Made by a program: the position numbers and the translations under genes. From Sedimentisphaerales bacterium (lineage in GTDB: Bacteria > Planctomycetota > Phycisphaerae > Sedimentisphaerales > Anaerobacaceae): DNA of 64,000 bases. Below are positions 39,895 through 50,571 of this stretch, in pieces. Every line of letters starts with the position of its first letter. Position 1 is the stretch's first letter. The notes below the pieces were generated by a model, which was not told the DNA's origin, searched no databases, and saw nothing but the letters and a program-made list of their open reading frames with translations. Where the stretch lies: positions 5,792,001-5,856,000 of the forward strand of contig OY970194.1 of the NCBI GenBank assembly GCA_963708075.1, given 5' to 3'.

Positions 39895-42609
39895 TCAGCG
39901 AGGCAGTTGTGAGATGAACTCGTACGTCCCCGATTCGACCTCGAAGACGACGTAGTTGTCCTCCAGACGGAGGAAGCGAGTATGGTCGGCCGTGTGGATG
40001 TAGTCTGGACCTTCCTTGACCGCCTTCTCGTGATCACTCGGAATGTACACGGTCGCAGTGGAGTTCACGGGCACGGCAACCTTCAGAACGAACTTCTCGC
40101 CCTTGATTTCCCACTCGCTTCTGATCGTGCCGTACATGGACTCATGCTCAGCGCGGACCCACTTCACATCGCCCAGCCGTTGTGGCTTGATCGAGAAATG
40201 CTTGAAGCCGACCGCCTCAGGATCAGCCACGATGCCGGCCAGAGCCTCGTAGAACCAGGCGCTGATGTGTCCGTACATGATGTGATTGCGCGAGGCATTG
40301 CCGTCCCATTGTTCCCAGAGCGTGGTCGCGCCTTCGCTGAGCCAGCGAACCCAGCTCGGATAATCGGTCTTGGTGGCCATCGTGCAGACGACATCGGCCC
40401 GGCCGCCGGCAGTCAGGCAATCGATCAGGTACTTGGTGCCCAGGATGCCGGCGTCGAGATGACCGTCGGCCTTCTCGATCGAGGCCACGAGGTTACCCAG
40501 GACGCGCTCCTGCTCCGCCGGCGGAACAAGTCCGTGATACAGGGCACAGCTCATCGCCGTCTGCGTGCCGCCGGCGTAGAGGCCGGTCTTGGAATCGTAG
40601 AACTCTTTGTTGAATGCATCGCGGATCGCCAGGGCCAGGTCACCGTACTTTTGCGCATCCTCCGCGTTTCCGAGCAGCCCGGCGGCCTTCGAGACGATCA
40701 GTGCATCGCGGTAGTAGTAGCCGGTGGAGGTGACCCTCTCCGGCGTGGTGGTCTTGGCGGGGGCCCAGTCGCCCAGGCCGATGGCGACGATATGGTCTTT
40801 GGCCTTGCTCGTGAGATAATCCACGTATCGCTTGAGCCTGTCATAGTGTTCGGCCAGGGTGCGCGTGTCGCCCTCGTACTGGTACAGGTACCAGGGGATC
40901 AGGACGTAGGCGCTGTCCCAGGCGGGCCCGTTGCCCCATTGGTAGCCCCAGCCGGCGGTCGGCACGATGCCCGGCAGCTCGCCGCTGGGCCGCTGCTCAT
41001 CCTTCAGATCGTTGAGCCACTTGGCGTAGGCCGGGGCGGCGTGGAAGTTGTACAGCCCGGTCTCGGCCGCCAGGTGCGCGTCGCCCGTCCAGCCGTTCTT
41101 CTCGCGATGCGGACAGTCCGTCGGATAGCCGACGAAGTTGCTGATGTACGACCATAACGTGTTCTGCTGGATGCGGTTGAACAGGTCGTTCGAGCACTCG
41201 AAGGAGCCGGCCCGCTCGAACGCGGTATTGACGACCCTCGCCTCGAGCGTGTTGAGGTCGGGCTTGCCCGGCAGGCCGGTCACTTCGACGTACTGGAACC
41301 CGTGGTACATGAATCGCGGCTCCCACACCTCTGTGCCCTGGCCCTTGAGGATGTACGTGTCCGTTTGCGCCTTGCCGGTCTTGATGTGCTGAGCGATCTC
41401 CTTCTGATCGAGCGTGCCGTCCTCATTGAGCCGCTCGCCATATTTGAGAACCACCTCGGTCCCCGCCCGCCCGGATACTCTCAGACGCGTCCACCCCGCC
41501 ATGTTCTGGCCTGTGTCGAGAACGTACACGCCGGGCGTGGGCTCCGTGATCTTAGCCGGCCTGAAGCTTTTCGTAACCTTGATGGCCGGCAGCATCTGGG
41601 CCCGCAACTCGCCCTTGGGGCCGGAGTCGATCTCGGCCAGCGGCCAATTGCTGTCGTCGTAGTCACCCGCGTCCCAGCCGGGCTTTTCCAGACGCGCGTC
41701 GTATGTCTCTCCATTGCGGATGCCATCGAAGACGATCGGCCCGGTGGTCACCCGCCACGTCGCATCGCTGGCGATAGTTCTCGTGGAGCCGTCCTCAAAC
41801 GTGACTTCAAGCTGGCAGCGCAGGACAGGCCTGTCCCGCCACGGGGCCTTGTCGAAATCCCACACGCAGTGCGTGTGTACGTTGTACCACCCGTTGCCGA
41901 GGATCACGCCGAGCGCGTTGGCTCCCTTCTTCAACTGGTCCGTGACGTCATAGGTGACGTAGAGCGCTCGTCGGTCGTACCGAGTGAAAGCCGGATCGAG
42001 CACGTGGTCGCCGACCTTGGCGCCGTTGAGACGCAACTCGTAGTAGCCCAAGCCGCAGATGTATACACGCGCGCTGACTGGCTGCTGCGAGAGGATGAAT
42101 CCCTTTCGAAACAGCGGCGCAGGTTGTGCACTCTTGTCCTCATCCTTGCCGGGGACACTGATCCACTTACCCTTCCAGTCCTCCGGCGTGAGCAGGCCCA
42201 TCTCCCAGACCGCCGGGTCGCTGAACGCGGTGGTCTTGCCGTCCTTGTCCCAGATGCGCACCTTCCAGTAGCATCGCGTGCGCGACGAGATCGGCCGGCC
42301 GGCATAAGCGACGTGGATGGACTGGTCGGACGTGACTTTGCCCGTGTCCCACAGGTCGGCCCGGTCGTCCCGGAGCATCCGCCCGTCCGTCGCCACGAGG
42401 ACCTGATATGCCGTCTGCTTCTGCCCGCGCCACGCCGACTGCAGCTTCCAGCTCAGCCGCGGCTGTGCCACGTCGATTCCCACCGGGTCCGCCATGTACT
42501 CGCACTGCAGGTCCGTCACCTGCACATCGCTCACCAACTGCGGCAGCCCCGCCGCAAACGCCGAGACCGTCATCACCTGAGCCAGAACAATCGCCGCAAA
42601 CCGAACCAT
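39895..42609 (-). CDS. Alpha-L-rhamnosidase (GH78)
   Basis: PRLSW, ICGLGYYEL, DTGQNMAGW, FMYHGFQYV, PTDCPHREKNGWTGD, GATTLWEQW and SRNHIMYG. Confidence 0.93.
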   Translation of the reverse strand: MVRFAAIVLAQVMTVSAFAAGLPQLVSDVQVTDLQCEYMADPVGIDVAQPRLSWKLQSAWRGQKQTAYQVLVATDGRMLRDDRADLWDTGKVTSDQSIHVAYAGRPISSRTRCYWKVRIWDKDGKTTAFSDPAVWEMGLLTPEDWKGKWISVPGKDEDKSAQPAPLFRKGFILSQQPVSARVYICGLGYYELRLNGAKVGDHVLDPAFTRYDRRALYVTYDVTDQLKKGANALGVILGNGWYNVHTHCVWDFDKAPWRDRPVLRCQLEVTFEDGSTRTIASDATWRVTTGPIVFDGIRNGETYDARLEKPGWDAGDYDDSNWPLAEIDSGPKGELRAQMLPAIKVTKSFRPAKITEPTPGVYVLDTGQNMAGWTRLRVSGRAGTEVVLKYGERLNEDGTLDQKEIAQHIKTGKAQTDTYILKGQGTEVWEPRFMYHGFQYVEVTGLPGKPDLNTLEARVVNTAFERAGSFECSNDLFNRIQQNTLWSYISNFVGYPTDCPHREKNGWTGDAHLAAETGLYNFHAAPAYAKWLNDLKDEQRPSGELPGIVPTAGWGYQWGNGPAWDSAYVLIPWYLYQYEGDTRTLAEHYDRLKRYVDYLTSKAKDHIVAIGLGDWAPAKTTTPERVTSTGYYYRDALIVSKAAGLLGNAEDAQKYGDLALAIRDAFNKEFYDSKTGLYAGGTQTAMSCALYHGLVPPAEQERVLGNLVASIEKADGHLDAGILGTKYLIDCLTAGGRADVVCTMATKTDYPSWVRWLSEGATTLWEQWDGNASRNHIMYGHISAWFYEALAGIVADPEAVGFKHFSIKPQRLGDVKWVRAEHESMYGTIRSEWEIKGEKFVLKVAVPVNSTATVYIPSDHEKAVKEGPDYIHTADHTRFLRLEDNYVVFEVESGTYEFISQLPR

Positions 42610-42758
42610 TTCACATACCTCCAACGTTGCGTTCTGAAATGCTCCTCATCGCAGGCATTGTCCCGCAGGACCCGATGGAAATCAAGGACTCGTTCTGCAA
42701 TACGGGTGGGTCATGGGCGTCTATTGACGGGTTCTTGCTTCGTAAGTAGGTTGATGAC

Positions 42759-44192
42759 ATGGCTTGGCTGGCACGCGGTGGCTTGGCCAGGTCAATTGGT
42801 GGCGGAAGAGACATGGATAGCCTGACAAGGGTGTGTTCACAGATGGTTACCGGATTTCCCGTGATCGGCATGAGGTCGGAGGAGATCGGTCCGTATTGCC
42901 CCTGGATAGGCGGGGTGCTGGCGTTGCTGTGCCTGTGGGCGGCGCTGCGAGCGAATCATCGCAGACGCGTCATTGACGACACGCCTACCTCTAAGACGAC
43001 CGGTGTGTTCATCGGCACGGTTGAGGTCAAGGGCACGGCTGAAGCCCTGCGACCCCTGGTGAGCCACCTGGCGGAGCAGCCGTGTGTCTACTATTCATGG
43101 TCCGTGGCGGAACACTGGTCGCGTACTGTGACGGAGACGTACAGAGATAGCGACGGCAAGACCAAAACGCGCACGCGCCACGAGAGCGGCTGGACGACAG
43201 TGGCCGACGGCGGCGAGCAGAGTGCGTTCTACCTGAAAGACGACGCGGGGATTGTTCAGGTCCAGCCGGAGGGGGCCAAGATCGAGCCGGTGACGATCTT
43301 CAGCGAGTCTTGCCGCCGGGGAGACCCGCTCTATTATGCGAAAGGGCCCGCCGGTGCGGTGGCTCATTCGGATTACCGCAGGCAGTTTACGGAGACAGCC
43401 ATTCCGATCCATACGCCGCTGTACGTGATGGGCCAGGCGCGGGAGCGCAAGGACGTCGTCGCCCCGGAGATCGCCTGGGATCCCGACTGTCCCATGTTTC
43501 TAATCTCTTGCAGGGGCGAGCAGGAGATCAGCCTTGGCTTCGCGGCCGGATACTGGGTCTGGGGGATCGCGGGGCTGGTGTTGGCGGTTGGTGGGGTGGT
43601 CGTCGGCAGAGCCGCTGTGGATGAAGTCTCACGTGGCGACATCACGTTCTTTCTCGTGGCCGCCTTCGCGTATGGATTGCTCTGGGCTCTGGGGTGGGTC
43701 TGGCTCGTCTTCAACAGTCTCATCGGCCTGCGAAACCGCGTGGGTCAGGCGTGGTCCCTGGTGGACGTGCAACTGAAACGCCGGCATGACCTGATTCCCA
43801 ACCTCGTGACGGTGGTCAAGGGACTGAGCGACCATGAGCGCCGCGTGCAAACCGAGATGGCCGCGCTGCGGACGCAGATGGAGGCCACACCGCCGGGCGT
43901 GACCGGGCCGGACTATCGCGCCTGCGCCAAACTGCTCCTCGCGGTGCAGGAGAAGTACCCGCAACTGCGAGCTCAGGACGCGTTTCTGAGTCTCCACAGG
44001 AATCTGACGGAAACCGAGCAGCGCATCGCCCTGGCCCGCGGCTACTTCAACGACATCGCCACCTATTACAACACGCGCCTCGAGAGAGTCCCCGACCGAT
44101 TCGTCAGGGGCCTGGCCGCCCTCGAGCCACGAGTCCTCATGGCCGCCAACGACTTCGAGCGGGCCGAAGTGTCTGTCAATCTGGCCCGGTAG
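42759..44192 (+). CDS. GIDE(BAM)-domain / LemA fusion membrane protein
   Basis: TM helix, then DTPTSKT..VEVKG..CVYY..FYLKDDAG (GIDE-like), two TM helices, and FNSLIGLRN..AWSLVDVQLKRRHDLIPNLV..YPQLRA..RIALARGYFN (LemA). Start probably 42813-42870. Confidence 0.82.
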   Translation: MAWLARGGLARSIGGGRDMDSLTRVCSQMVTGFPVIGMRSEEIGPYCPWIGGVLALLCLWAALRANHRRRVIDDTPTSKTTGVFIGTVEVKGTAEALRPLVSHLAEQPCVYYSWSVAEHWSRTVTETYRDSDGKTKTRTRHESGWTTVADGGEQSAFYLKDDAGIVQVQPEGAKIEPVTIFSESCRRGDPLYYAKGPAGAVAHSDYRRQFTETAIPIHTPLYVMGQARERKDVVAPEIAWDPDCPMFLISCRGEQEISLGFAAGYWVWGIAGLVLAVGGVVVGRAAVDEVSRGDITFFLVAAFAYGLLWALGWVWLVFNSLIGLRNRVGQAWSLVDVQLKRRHDLIPNLVTVVKGLSDHERRVQTEMAALRTQMEATPPGVTGPDYRACAKLLLAVQEKYPQLRAQDAFLSLHRNLTETEQRIALARGYFNDIATYYNTRLERVPDRFVRGLAALEPRVLMAANDFERAEVSVNLAR

Positions 44193-44442
44193 ACTTTCTC
44201 AGTCCCGCGTCAATAGCTAACCTGGCCTCTCTGCTCGGCGGTCGCTTCGTTCCCCGGGACAGTAGCCCGGGAATGAAGAAGCCGAATGCTGCCCCCAGCC
44301 AAAAGCTCCAAATTATGGGAGTCAGGATCGTCTCACTGTCGCCCCTGAGCCCAATAACCGCCAGGAAGACGAACCCTACGATCGCTCCGATAAATGCAAA
44401 GAACACCGTTGACAGCAAACGAATCAGAATCTTTTTGAGCAT
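44176..44442 (-). CDS. Small two-TM membrane protein
   Basis: GGAGG RBS; two hydrophobic segments; 88 aa; 3' end overlaps the LemA-fusion gene. Confidence 0.6.
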   Translation of the reverse strand: MLKKILIRLLSTVFFAFIGAIVGFVFLAVIGLRGDSETILTPIIWSFWLGAAFGFFIPGLLSRGTKRPPSREARLAIDAGLRKSTGPD

Positions 44443-44679
44443 GACCCATTCACCTCCGCTGGAAGTCTTTGCAGTCCCGTTGTCACTCGATGCCATCCTT
44501 AGGGCAGCCGTTGCGTATGGACAGAGCGAAACGCCCAGTCACTTGCTCTGCCCCTATCCGCTACCCTTATATCGACCGATTGACCCCCGTCCTTGATCAG
44601 GCCCCGGTCAACAGACAGCGAGAGGTATGGGTTGGCACTGGTGGAGGATGCAAAGGGCCACCCCCGGTTCAGTTGCTCT

Positions 44680-45633
44680 CTATAGATACTTCTCCAGCAG
44701 GGCCTTCGTTTTGCGGATACCTTCCTCCTCGCTCTGGGTATTGCCCTCGAACTCGATGCCAATGTAGCCCTTGTACCCGGAGGCCTTCACGAGGCCGATC
44801 AGTTTCTTGTAGTCCATGAGCGGCTGCTCGCCGTTGGCGTCGAAGTCATAGGACTTGGCGCTGACGCCCTTGGCAAAGGGCAGCAGCTCCTCCACGCCTT
44901 TGTAGCGGTCATACATATCCTCGCACCCGTCCTGCGTGGTGCCCCAGGGCTGCGAGATGCAGAAGTTCCCAAAGTCCGGCAGCGTCCCCACGTTGGGACG
45001 CGACACATGTTTCACCACGCCGGCCAGCCACGCGGCGTTAGATGTCACGCCGCCATGGTTTTCCACAACGATATTGATCTTCATCGTCTCTGCATACTCG
45101 CCCAGCCGCCCAAGCGAATCCACCGAAGCGGTTCTTTTCTCCTCGGCCGACCCCTCGCCATGCAGATTGACGCGAATGGTCTTGCACCCCAGGACCTTCG
45201 CCGCCTCCACCCACTTCTTATGATTCTCCACCGCCGACAACCGCGCCTTCTCATCCGCCGTAGCGAGCTGCCCTTCGTCATCCACCATAAGCAGATGATT
45301 CACGACTCCCGCGTCCTTGCTCCTGGTCAGCAACTCCTTCAGATAAGCAGCATTCTTCCCGGCCTCCGTAAACTTCATCTTCCCGCCGCCAAAGAACCCA
45401 TTGACATACTCCACCGCCGAAATCCCAAAGTCCCTCTTGGCTTTCTCTGGAAAACCCAAATGATCCAGCTTCCCCCCATAAATCGCCCGATGCAACGACC
45501 ACTCCGCCAGAGAAATCTCAATGCGTGACTCCGATGCACCAAGCCCTTTCAGCGAAGGCCCAACCATCAATGCCCCCGCCCCCAGCAAGGATTGCCTGAC
45601 GAACGCCCTGCGTGTTGTACCTGCCATTTTCAT
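44680..45633 (-). CDS. Tat-exported sugar phosphate isomerase/epimerase (xylose isomerase-like TIM barrel)
   Basis: TRRAF Tat motif; SLAEWSLHR, VENHGG, LPDFGNF, SAKSYDF and GIEFEG. Confidence 0.87.
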   Translation of the reverse strand: MKMAGTTRRAFVRQSLLGAGALMVGPSLKGLGASESRIEISLAEWSLHRAIYGGKLDHLGFPEKAKRDFGISAVEYVNGFFGGGKMKFTEAGKNAAYLKELLTRSKDAGVVNHLLMVDDEGQLATADEKARLSAVENHKKWVEAAKVLGCKTIRVNLHGEGSAEEKRTASVDSLGRLGEYAETMKINIVVENHGGVTSNAAWLAGVVKHVSRPNVGTLPDFGNFCISQPWGTTQDGCEDMYDRYKGVEELLPFAKGVSAKSYDFDANGEQPLMDYKKLIGLVKASGYKGYIGIEFEGNTQSEEEGIRKTKALLEKYL

Positions 45634-45657
45634 TACCGCTTCTCACTTAGTTGTCGG

Positions 45658-48180
45658 CTAACGCCATATTCTTTTTATCGTCTCCTCCTGGGAATACCCT
45701 ATGGGGCAAGCTGAGCTTTTGGTGTTGGCCCGGTAGCTGCCGAGCGTCTCGTTGGGGCAGGTGATCATGCGGCTCACCGGCATTTGAAGATGGCCGTTGG
45801 GATCTGTCTCTCTGATCCAGTTGTAAGCGTACACAAGCCACCGGTCTCTGTAGCCCTCGCTCTGGAGCGAGAACCACGATATCTCATCCCACCCCCAGAC
45901 GAATATGGACGTCGTATCGGCGACATTGGGGGACCTGCTGCGCCCGAAGTTGTCGAATTCGACGAGGTATGGCAGGCTTTTGCAGCTCCAGCCGCTGGGC
46001 GAGATGCAGCCCTTGCTCTTTCCGTACATGGCGTCGAGGTGGTTCACCTCCAGCACCGCCTCATAGGGCTTCTCGGGCACTGCCTTGATGCGCATCGGAA
46101 AGGAGTTGAAATCCAGGAGACTGACGCCGTCCACGATCATGCCCCAGGTCGGAACGTGCGCATCCAGCAGGACCAGGTGACGGCGTGCATGCGTCTTCGC
46201 ATACGAGCGGATCTTCGCCAGGAGGCGCGACCATTCCTTCAGGCCCGGATCGGCCATGCCGATGAGGGCGACCTGCCCCAAGTGAAGGGCCTCGCAGCCG
46301 AGGTCGATGTAGGAACCCGCCAGATAGTAGAACCATAGCTGTGTTTCGAGCCTGGTGACATCGGGAACGCTGCTTCGGCCCCAGTGTTTGACCAGCTTGC
46401 CGTCCTTGTTGAGCATCGCCTCATAGGAGAATGTCCTGTCCTCGACGGCCACACCGAAATCCGTGAACACCCAGGAGGGGATCTTCACGCGGTTGACGTC
46501 CGGGCTGATCGTCTCAAACAGACATCCCTGGAAGACGACGTCCGGGTCGAAGGCATGGACCTTGTCGATCAACGCTATTGCGTCCTTCCAGAAGTTGGGA
46601 TCATTCAGCCGGCTCTCTCCGTTCCAGCGGTAGATGGCCCGGCCGATGAACTTGGCGCCGATGTTCTCGATCAGACGTACATCGTCGTCTCTGTAGAGAT
46701 ACTCGCGGTTGCCCTCGGGCTTTCCCGTGACCAGAAAATAGGCCATGGTCACGGAGCGGTCCAAGTAGTTCTCCAGCACCTCCCGCGAGATGGTTCCATC
46801 GAAATGATAGTCGCGGGGGTGCCACTCATAGGCGCCGAGGTCGATGGCTTTGCCCTGGGGGCGGGGGATGCGGTCGCGGTCGAGTTTGGGGGCGTTGACA
46901 CTGCTGCCGGCGTCGATGGCCGCTGTACCGGGCAACAGGTGCAGGTCGAAGCGGGCCGCATCGACGAAGAGGGCGGCCGGGTCCTGGATTGTCAGGTTGT
47001 TCTCTTCCAGCACGCCCGCGGCACTGGTGAAAGCGGTGGCCAGGTTGTTGCGCACGACACAGTTGACCGGGGCCGTTCCGTTCTTATGTTTGTCGATACA
47101 TATCCAGGGCGGGCCGGGGCGGGTGTTGTTCTGGTCCAGGACGGTGTTGTTGATCACCAGGCAATTGCGTGCCCCCAGCAGGGTAATGCCGTGCCAGTGA
47201 TCGGTGATGATCACGTTGTTCTCAATGACCCAGTCCACAAAGGTGCCGTCGAAGCAGCCGATGCCCTGCAGAGTCCCGCGATAGGGCTGGTTCGGATCGA
47301 CGTAGTTGATGATCGTGTTGCCCCGCAGGACCACGCCTATGACCTCGCCGCTGCCTACACCGTTTGGGCCTGTGGACCAGGACTGAAAGCCGTCGTCGTG
47401 ATTCGCGTTGACCTTGTAGCAGTTCTTCACGGTGTTGTACTCGAAGGTGCAGTGATTGCCGAGCCCGCGCAAGCCGTCGCCCGCGAAGTTCTCCACGAGA
47501 TTGCCGGTGATGAGGGAGTCGCCGGCCCCCACGGAAATCCCGAAGTTGACGTTAAGCAGGCGGTTGTCGCGGATCGTCATGCGCGTGCCGTCCACCTGGA
47601 TTCCGTTGCAGGACAATCGGTCCCAGTCCTCGGCGGTCCAGGCGGAGGCGTCCGCCACGGAGAAAACCGTGCAATGCTCCACCGCGATGTCATGGACGGG
47701 GCCGCCCCAATTGTGGCTTTCGAGGTGAACCAGGGTGTGTCGCTTGTAGGTCTCGCTGAACTCAGCACTGATGCTCAGCCCGCGGATCGTCCAGTGTGAG
47801 GCGGAGCGGATGTGCAGGGAGGACAGACGCGGCGTATGACCTTCATCGGCCGCGATGGTGATGTTGCCGAGGTTGTAATACTTGTCGATCAGCAGGTCGC
47901 CATGAAACCCCGACCGGAGCCAAATCTTGTCACCCGCTCGCACCGGGGCGCCGGCATTCTTAGCCACGAGTTTGCTCTGGGGCGTGTACGGCAGTTTGTC
48001 CCACTGCTGTGATTCCACCAGCCCGGCGTTGAAGACCTCCTGGATCGTCCGCCAGGGACGGCTCGCGCTGCCGTCGCCCGTGGGACTGCCGTTCACCGGG
48101 TCCACGTAAAACTCAGATGCGTGCGTCTGCAAGGGGACAAGACAGAATCCAATGCACAATAACAAGGTCCGTGCCATCAC
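45658..48180 (-). CDS. Secreted right-handed beta-helix protein fused to an unknown C-terminal domain
   Basis: FYVDP..GDGSASRPWRTI, NHDDGFQ, Asn-ladder repeats and DLHL..AIDAG..DLGAYE, followed by a second ~380-aa domain. Confidence 0.78.
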   Translation of the reverse strand: MMARTLLLCIGFCLVPLQTHASEFYVDPVNGSPTGDGSASRPWRTIQEVFNAGLVESQQWDKLPYTPQSKLVAKNAGAPVRAGDKIWLRSGFHGDLLIDKYYNLGNITIAADEGHTPRLSSLHIRSASHWTIRGLSISAEFSETYKRHTLVHLESHNWGGPVHDIAVEHCTVFSVADASAWTAEDWDRLSCNGIQVDGTRMTIRDNRLLNVNFGISVGAGDSLITGNLVENFAGDGLRGLGNHCTFEYNTVKNCYKVNANHDDGFQSWSTGPNGVGSGEVIGVVLRGNTIINYVDPNQPYRGTLQGIGCFDGTFVDWVIENNVIITDHWHGITLLGARNCLVINNTVLDQNNTRPGPPWICIDKHKNGTAPVNCVVRNNLATAFTSAAGVLEENNLTIQDPAALFVDAARFDLHLLPGTAAIDAGSSVNAPKLDRDRIPRPQGKAIDLGAYEWHPRDYHFDGTISREVLENYLDRSVTMAYFLVTGKPEGNREYLYRDDDVRLIENIGAKFIGRAIYRWNGESRLNDPNFWKDAIALIDKVHAFDPDVVFQGCLFETISPDVNRVKIPSWVFTDFGVAVEDRTFSYEAMLNKDGKLVKHWGRSSVPDVTRLETQLWFYYLAGSYIDLGCEALHLGQVALIGMADPGLKEWSRLLAKIRSYAKTHARRHLVLLDAHVPTWGMIVDGVSLLDFNSFPMRIKAVPEKPYEAVLEVNHLDAMYGKSKGCISPSGWSCKSLPYLVEFDNFGRSRSPNVADTTSIFVWGWDEISWFSLQSEGYRDRWLVYAYNWIRETDPNGHLQMPVSRMITCPNETLGSYRANTKSSACPIGYSQEETIKRIWR

Positions 48181-48292
48181 TGTTCCTCTACGATTCTCTT
48201 ATTCCGGGGAAAGCAAAGCGGTCAAGCCGCCAAAGGTGTCATGCTCAACCTTGACAGTAGTTATACCCTCTCCTCGCCGTCTATGGAATTGC

Positions 48293-49243
48293 TCACGTGT
48301 CCCTCTTCTCGCCGAACTGCCTCACGAGTGCGGCGTTCTCGGAGATCTGGTCGTGGTGGCGCGGGTACATGCCGACGATCACTCCGTCGATGGACTTGAG
48401 GCGGTCGAAGGCGAACTTGAACGCCTCCTGCACCGCCTGCGCGCTATCGCACTTTCGACCGGCGCCGAGGATTTTGAAGCCCAGGCACGGCTGCTTGACC
48501 TGCCGGGCCACTGCCGTCATCGCCGCTGGATCGGAGGCAAAGAACCCATGGCCCTTCGGCATTGCGTCAGAGGCCGGCATCTTGGCCGTTTCCTCGCTGG
48601 ACCTCGTCAGGTTGTGGAAGCAGGTCATGAAGAAATCGACCTCCCAGCCCTCGTCGGCGATCCGCTTGATGCAGTCGGGATTGTGGGCCGAGACCCCTGC
48701 GAGAATGCCCGCATCGTGAACGCGTTTCACGAAATCATGGACCTGCCGGCTCTGTCCCTGCCGGAACAGCGAGTCGGTGACCCCGCCGTGATGGACCATC
48801 GCGATGGGCCCCGTGTCTCGGACCACCTGCTCGATTCCGCCGCCGGAGTGCAGGCAGATGAACTGCATCTTCGATCCCCGTTCCCGCAGGGTCCGAATGA
48901 TGCCGGTCATCAGCCCCGGATCATGGAACTGATGCGTGTTGACGCCGACACGCTCGCAATTGGACAGGAGCTCGACGACTCGCTCGCGGGTGAAGTACTC
49001 CCGCATCTCTCGATCCATGGCCGAGCCCAGGTAGGAGATCCCGCCGATGGGGTTGGCGCCCACGACCAGCCGGCTCATCTGGTGCTTGCCCAGCCGGATC
49101 ATCGGCAACGACCCGGGCGAATCAGAGCTTGCCGGCGCAGTCTCCTTCCCCTGTGACGTTCTACCGCCGGCCAAAGCTGATCCGGCGACGCCCAGTGAAA
49201 GCCGCCGGAGGAATTCTCTACGCGAAGTCCCATTCGAGTGCAT
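48293..49243 (-). CDS. Tat-signal aldo/keto-reductase-like hypothetical protein
   Basis: SRREFL Tat motif; LPMIRLG..SRLVVGANP, GVSAHNP, FKILGAGR and VIVGMYP; AGGAGG RBS. Confidence 0.72.
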   Translation of the reverse strand: MHSNGTSRREFLRRLSLGVAGSALAGGRTSQGKETAPASSDSPGSLPMIRLGKHQMSRLVVGANPIGGISYLGSAMDREMREYFTRERVVELLSNCERVGVNTHQFHDPGLMTGIIRTLRERGSKMQFICLHSGGGIEQVVRDTGPIAMVHHGGVTDSLFRQGQSRQVHDFVKRVHDAGILAGVSAHNPDCIKRIADEGWEVDFFMTCFHNLTRSSEETAKMPASDAMPKGHGFFASDPAAMTAVARQVKQPCLGFKILGAGRKCDSAQAVQEAFKFAFDRLKSIDGVIVGMYPRHHDQISENAALVRQFGEKRDT

Positions 49244-49421
49244 ACCAGCCTCCTGAGAAGAATTGGAGTTTTCAGGTACATTCTTCGAGGTCATCTCTCA
49301 ACCTCCCAAAGTCGTCACGCTCAACTTTTCCCGCCCTATTGTAGCCGGGCCTTTGGGCTCGGGCCAAGGGAAAAGCGGCCGAGGAAAACGCGGGTGTTTA
49401 TCCAGTTTCACGGGCGCTGTG

Positions 49422-49517
49422 CCGGGTGGCAGCGGCAATCGCCAGCTTGCCGATGGCCCCTCCGATGCGCAGCACCATCGGCAAGCTTCGCTGCTCTTCG
49501 CTTGCCGCTGCCACCCG
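49422..49517. repeat. GGGTGGCA-family palindromic repeat (copy D)
   Basis: CCGGGTGGCAGCGGCAAT...GCTTGCCGATGG...CCATCGGCAAGC...TTGCCGCTGCCACCC. Confidence 0.8.
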
Positions 49518-49580
49518 ACTACCAGGTTTGTCTTCACAGATACAAACGACGTGTGTGACTACACTTTGTGGCGGGAACCG

Positions 49581-50378
49581 TCAGAATTCCCGGGCCAGGC
49601 TGATGCCTATCGCCGGGGTCTCGTAGTTGCCGTAGTAGGGCAGCACTTCGAATCCCGCGATTTCAAGGTTGGCGTGGCGACGGGCGACCGTGTGGCCGAC
49701 GACCCAGCCGAGCGTCGCGCCGAAGAGCACATCGCTGGCCCAGTGATCGCCGTCATCCATCATGCGCCAGGCGACGAGGCCGGCGACGGCATAGGCCGGC
49801 AGGCCCACCTTCAGGCCGTAGAATTCGTGCAGTACGGAGGCGACGGCGACCGAGCTGGAGGTGTGGCCGCTGGGCCAGGCCCAGGACTGGCCGTCAGGCT
49901 GATCGTTATGCCGGATCGCCTTGAGTCCGCCCGTGACGGCCCCGGTGATCGTCAACGCGGAGAGCATCGTCACCGCCTGCTGCCGGCCCGCGTCGTCCTG
50001 GCCCTCGGCGTCCAGGACGTACCAGAGGGCCGTACCGGCGAAGTGCGTTACCGGCGAGCCGATGACAAAGAGGGCTTCATCGCTGAAGCCGCCAAACGTG
50101 TCGTGTCTGTCGAAGTAGTCGGCGATCTCGTCATCCGCGCTGCCGTTATTCATCGCAGCGCTCGCCACTCCGGCCCAGGCCAGGGCGGCCAGGTTGTCAC
50201 CGTTGAAGAACGTGGCCTTTGCATCCGCTTTCAGGCGGCTGCCAAAGACGTCGAGGTCGGCCTTGGCGGCGTCGAACCAGCCGGTGTGCGCGGTCGTTGA
50301 CTCCTGTTCTGCCGCCATGGCGGGAAACGACAGGACCACCACACAAAGCCAAAGTAGTTTGTCAGGCCATCGTGACAT
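49581..50378 (-). CDS. PAP2-family phosphatase
   Basis: LK...QPDG, WPSGHTS and RMMDDGDHWASDVLFGA PAP2 motifs; signal peptide. Confidence 0.85.
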   Translation of the reverse strand: MSRWPDKLLWLCVVVLSFPAMAAEQESTTAHTGWFDAAKADLDVFGSRLKADAKATFFNGDNLAALAWAGVASAAMNNGSADDEIADYFDRHDTFGGFSDEALFVIGSPVTHFAGTALWYVLDAEGQDDAGRQQAVTMLSALTITGAVTGGLKAIRHNDQPDGQSWAWPSGHTSSSVAVASVLHEFYGLKVGLPAYAVAGLVAWRMMDDGDHWASDVLFGATLGWVVGHTVARRHANLEIAGFEVLPYYGNYETPAIGISLAREF

Positions 50379-50445
50379 CACGCCACATGATAGCGTCATC
50401 CCGCAAGACCGCCAGAGAATAACGCCCGTCTGAACATCCTGGGGT

Positions 50446-50571
50446 GCACGACAGGATTTTGGCAGAGCAAGCATGAGGTTGTGGGTGGCAGCGTCAAGCG
50501 CAGCTTGGCGATGGCATTCCTGGAATGCGGTGCAACCATCGCCAAGGCCTGCGGCCTTGACGCTGCCACCC
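50446..50571. repeat. GGGTGGCA-family repeat with leader (copy E)
   Basis: Close match to 2734-2863 over both leader and arms. Confidence 0.85.
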
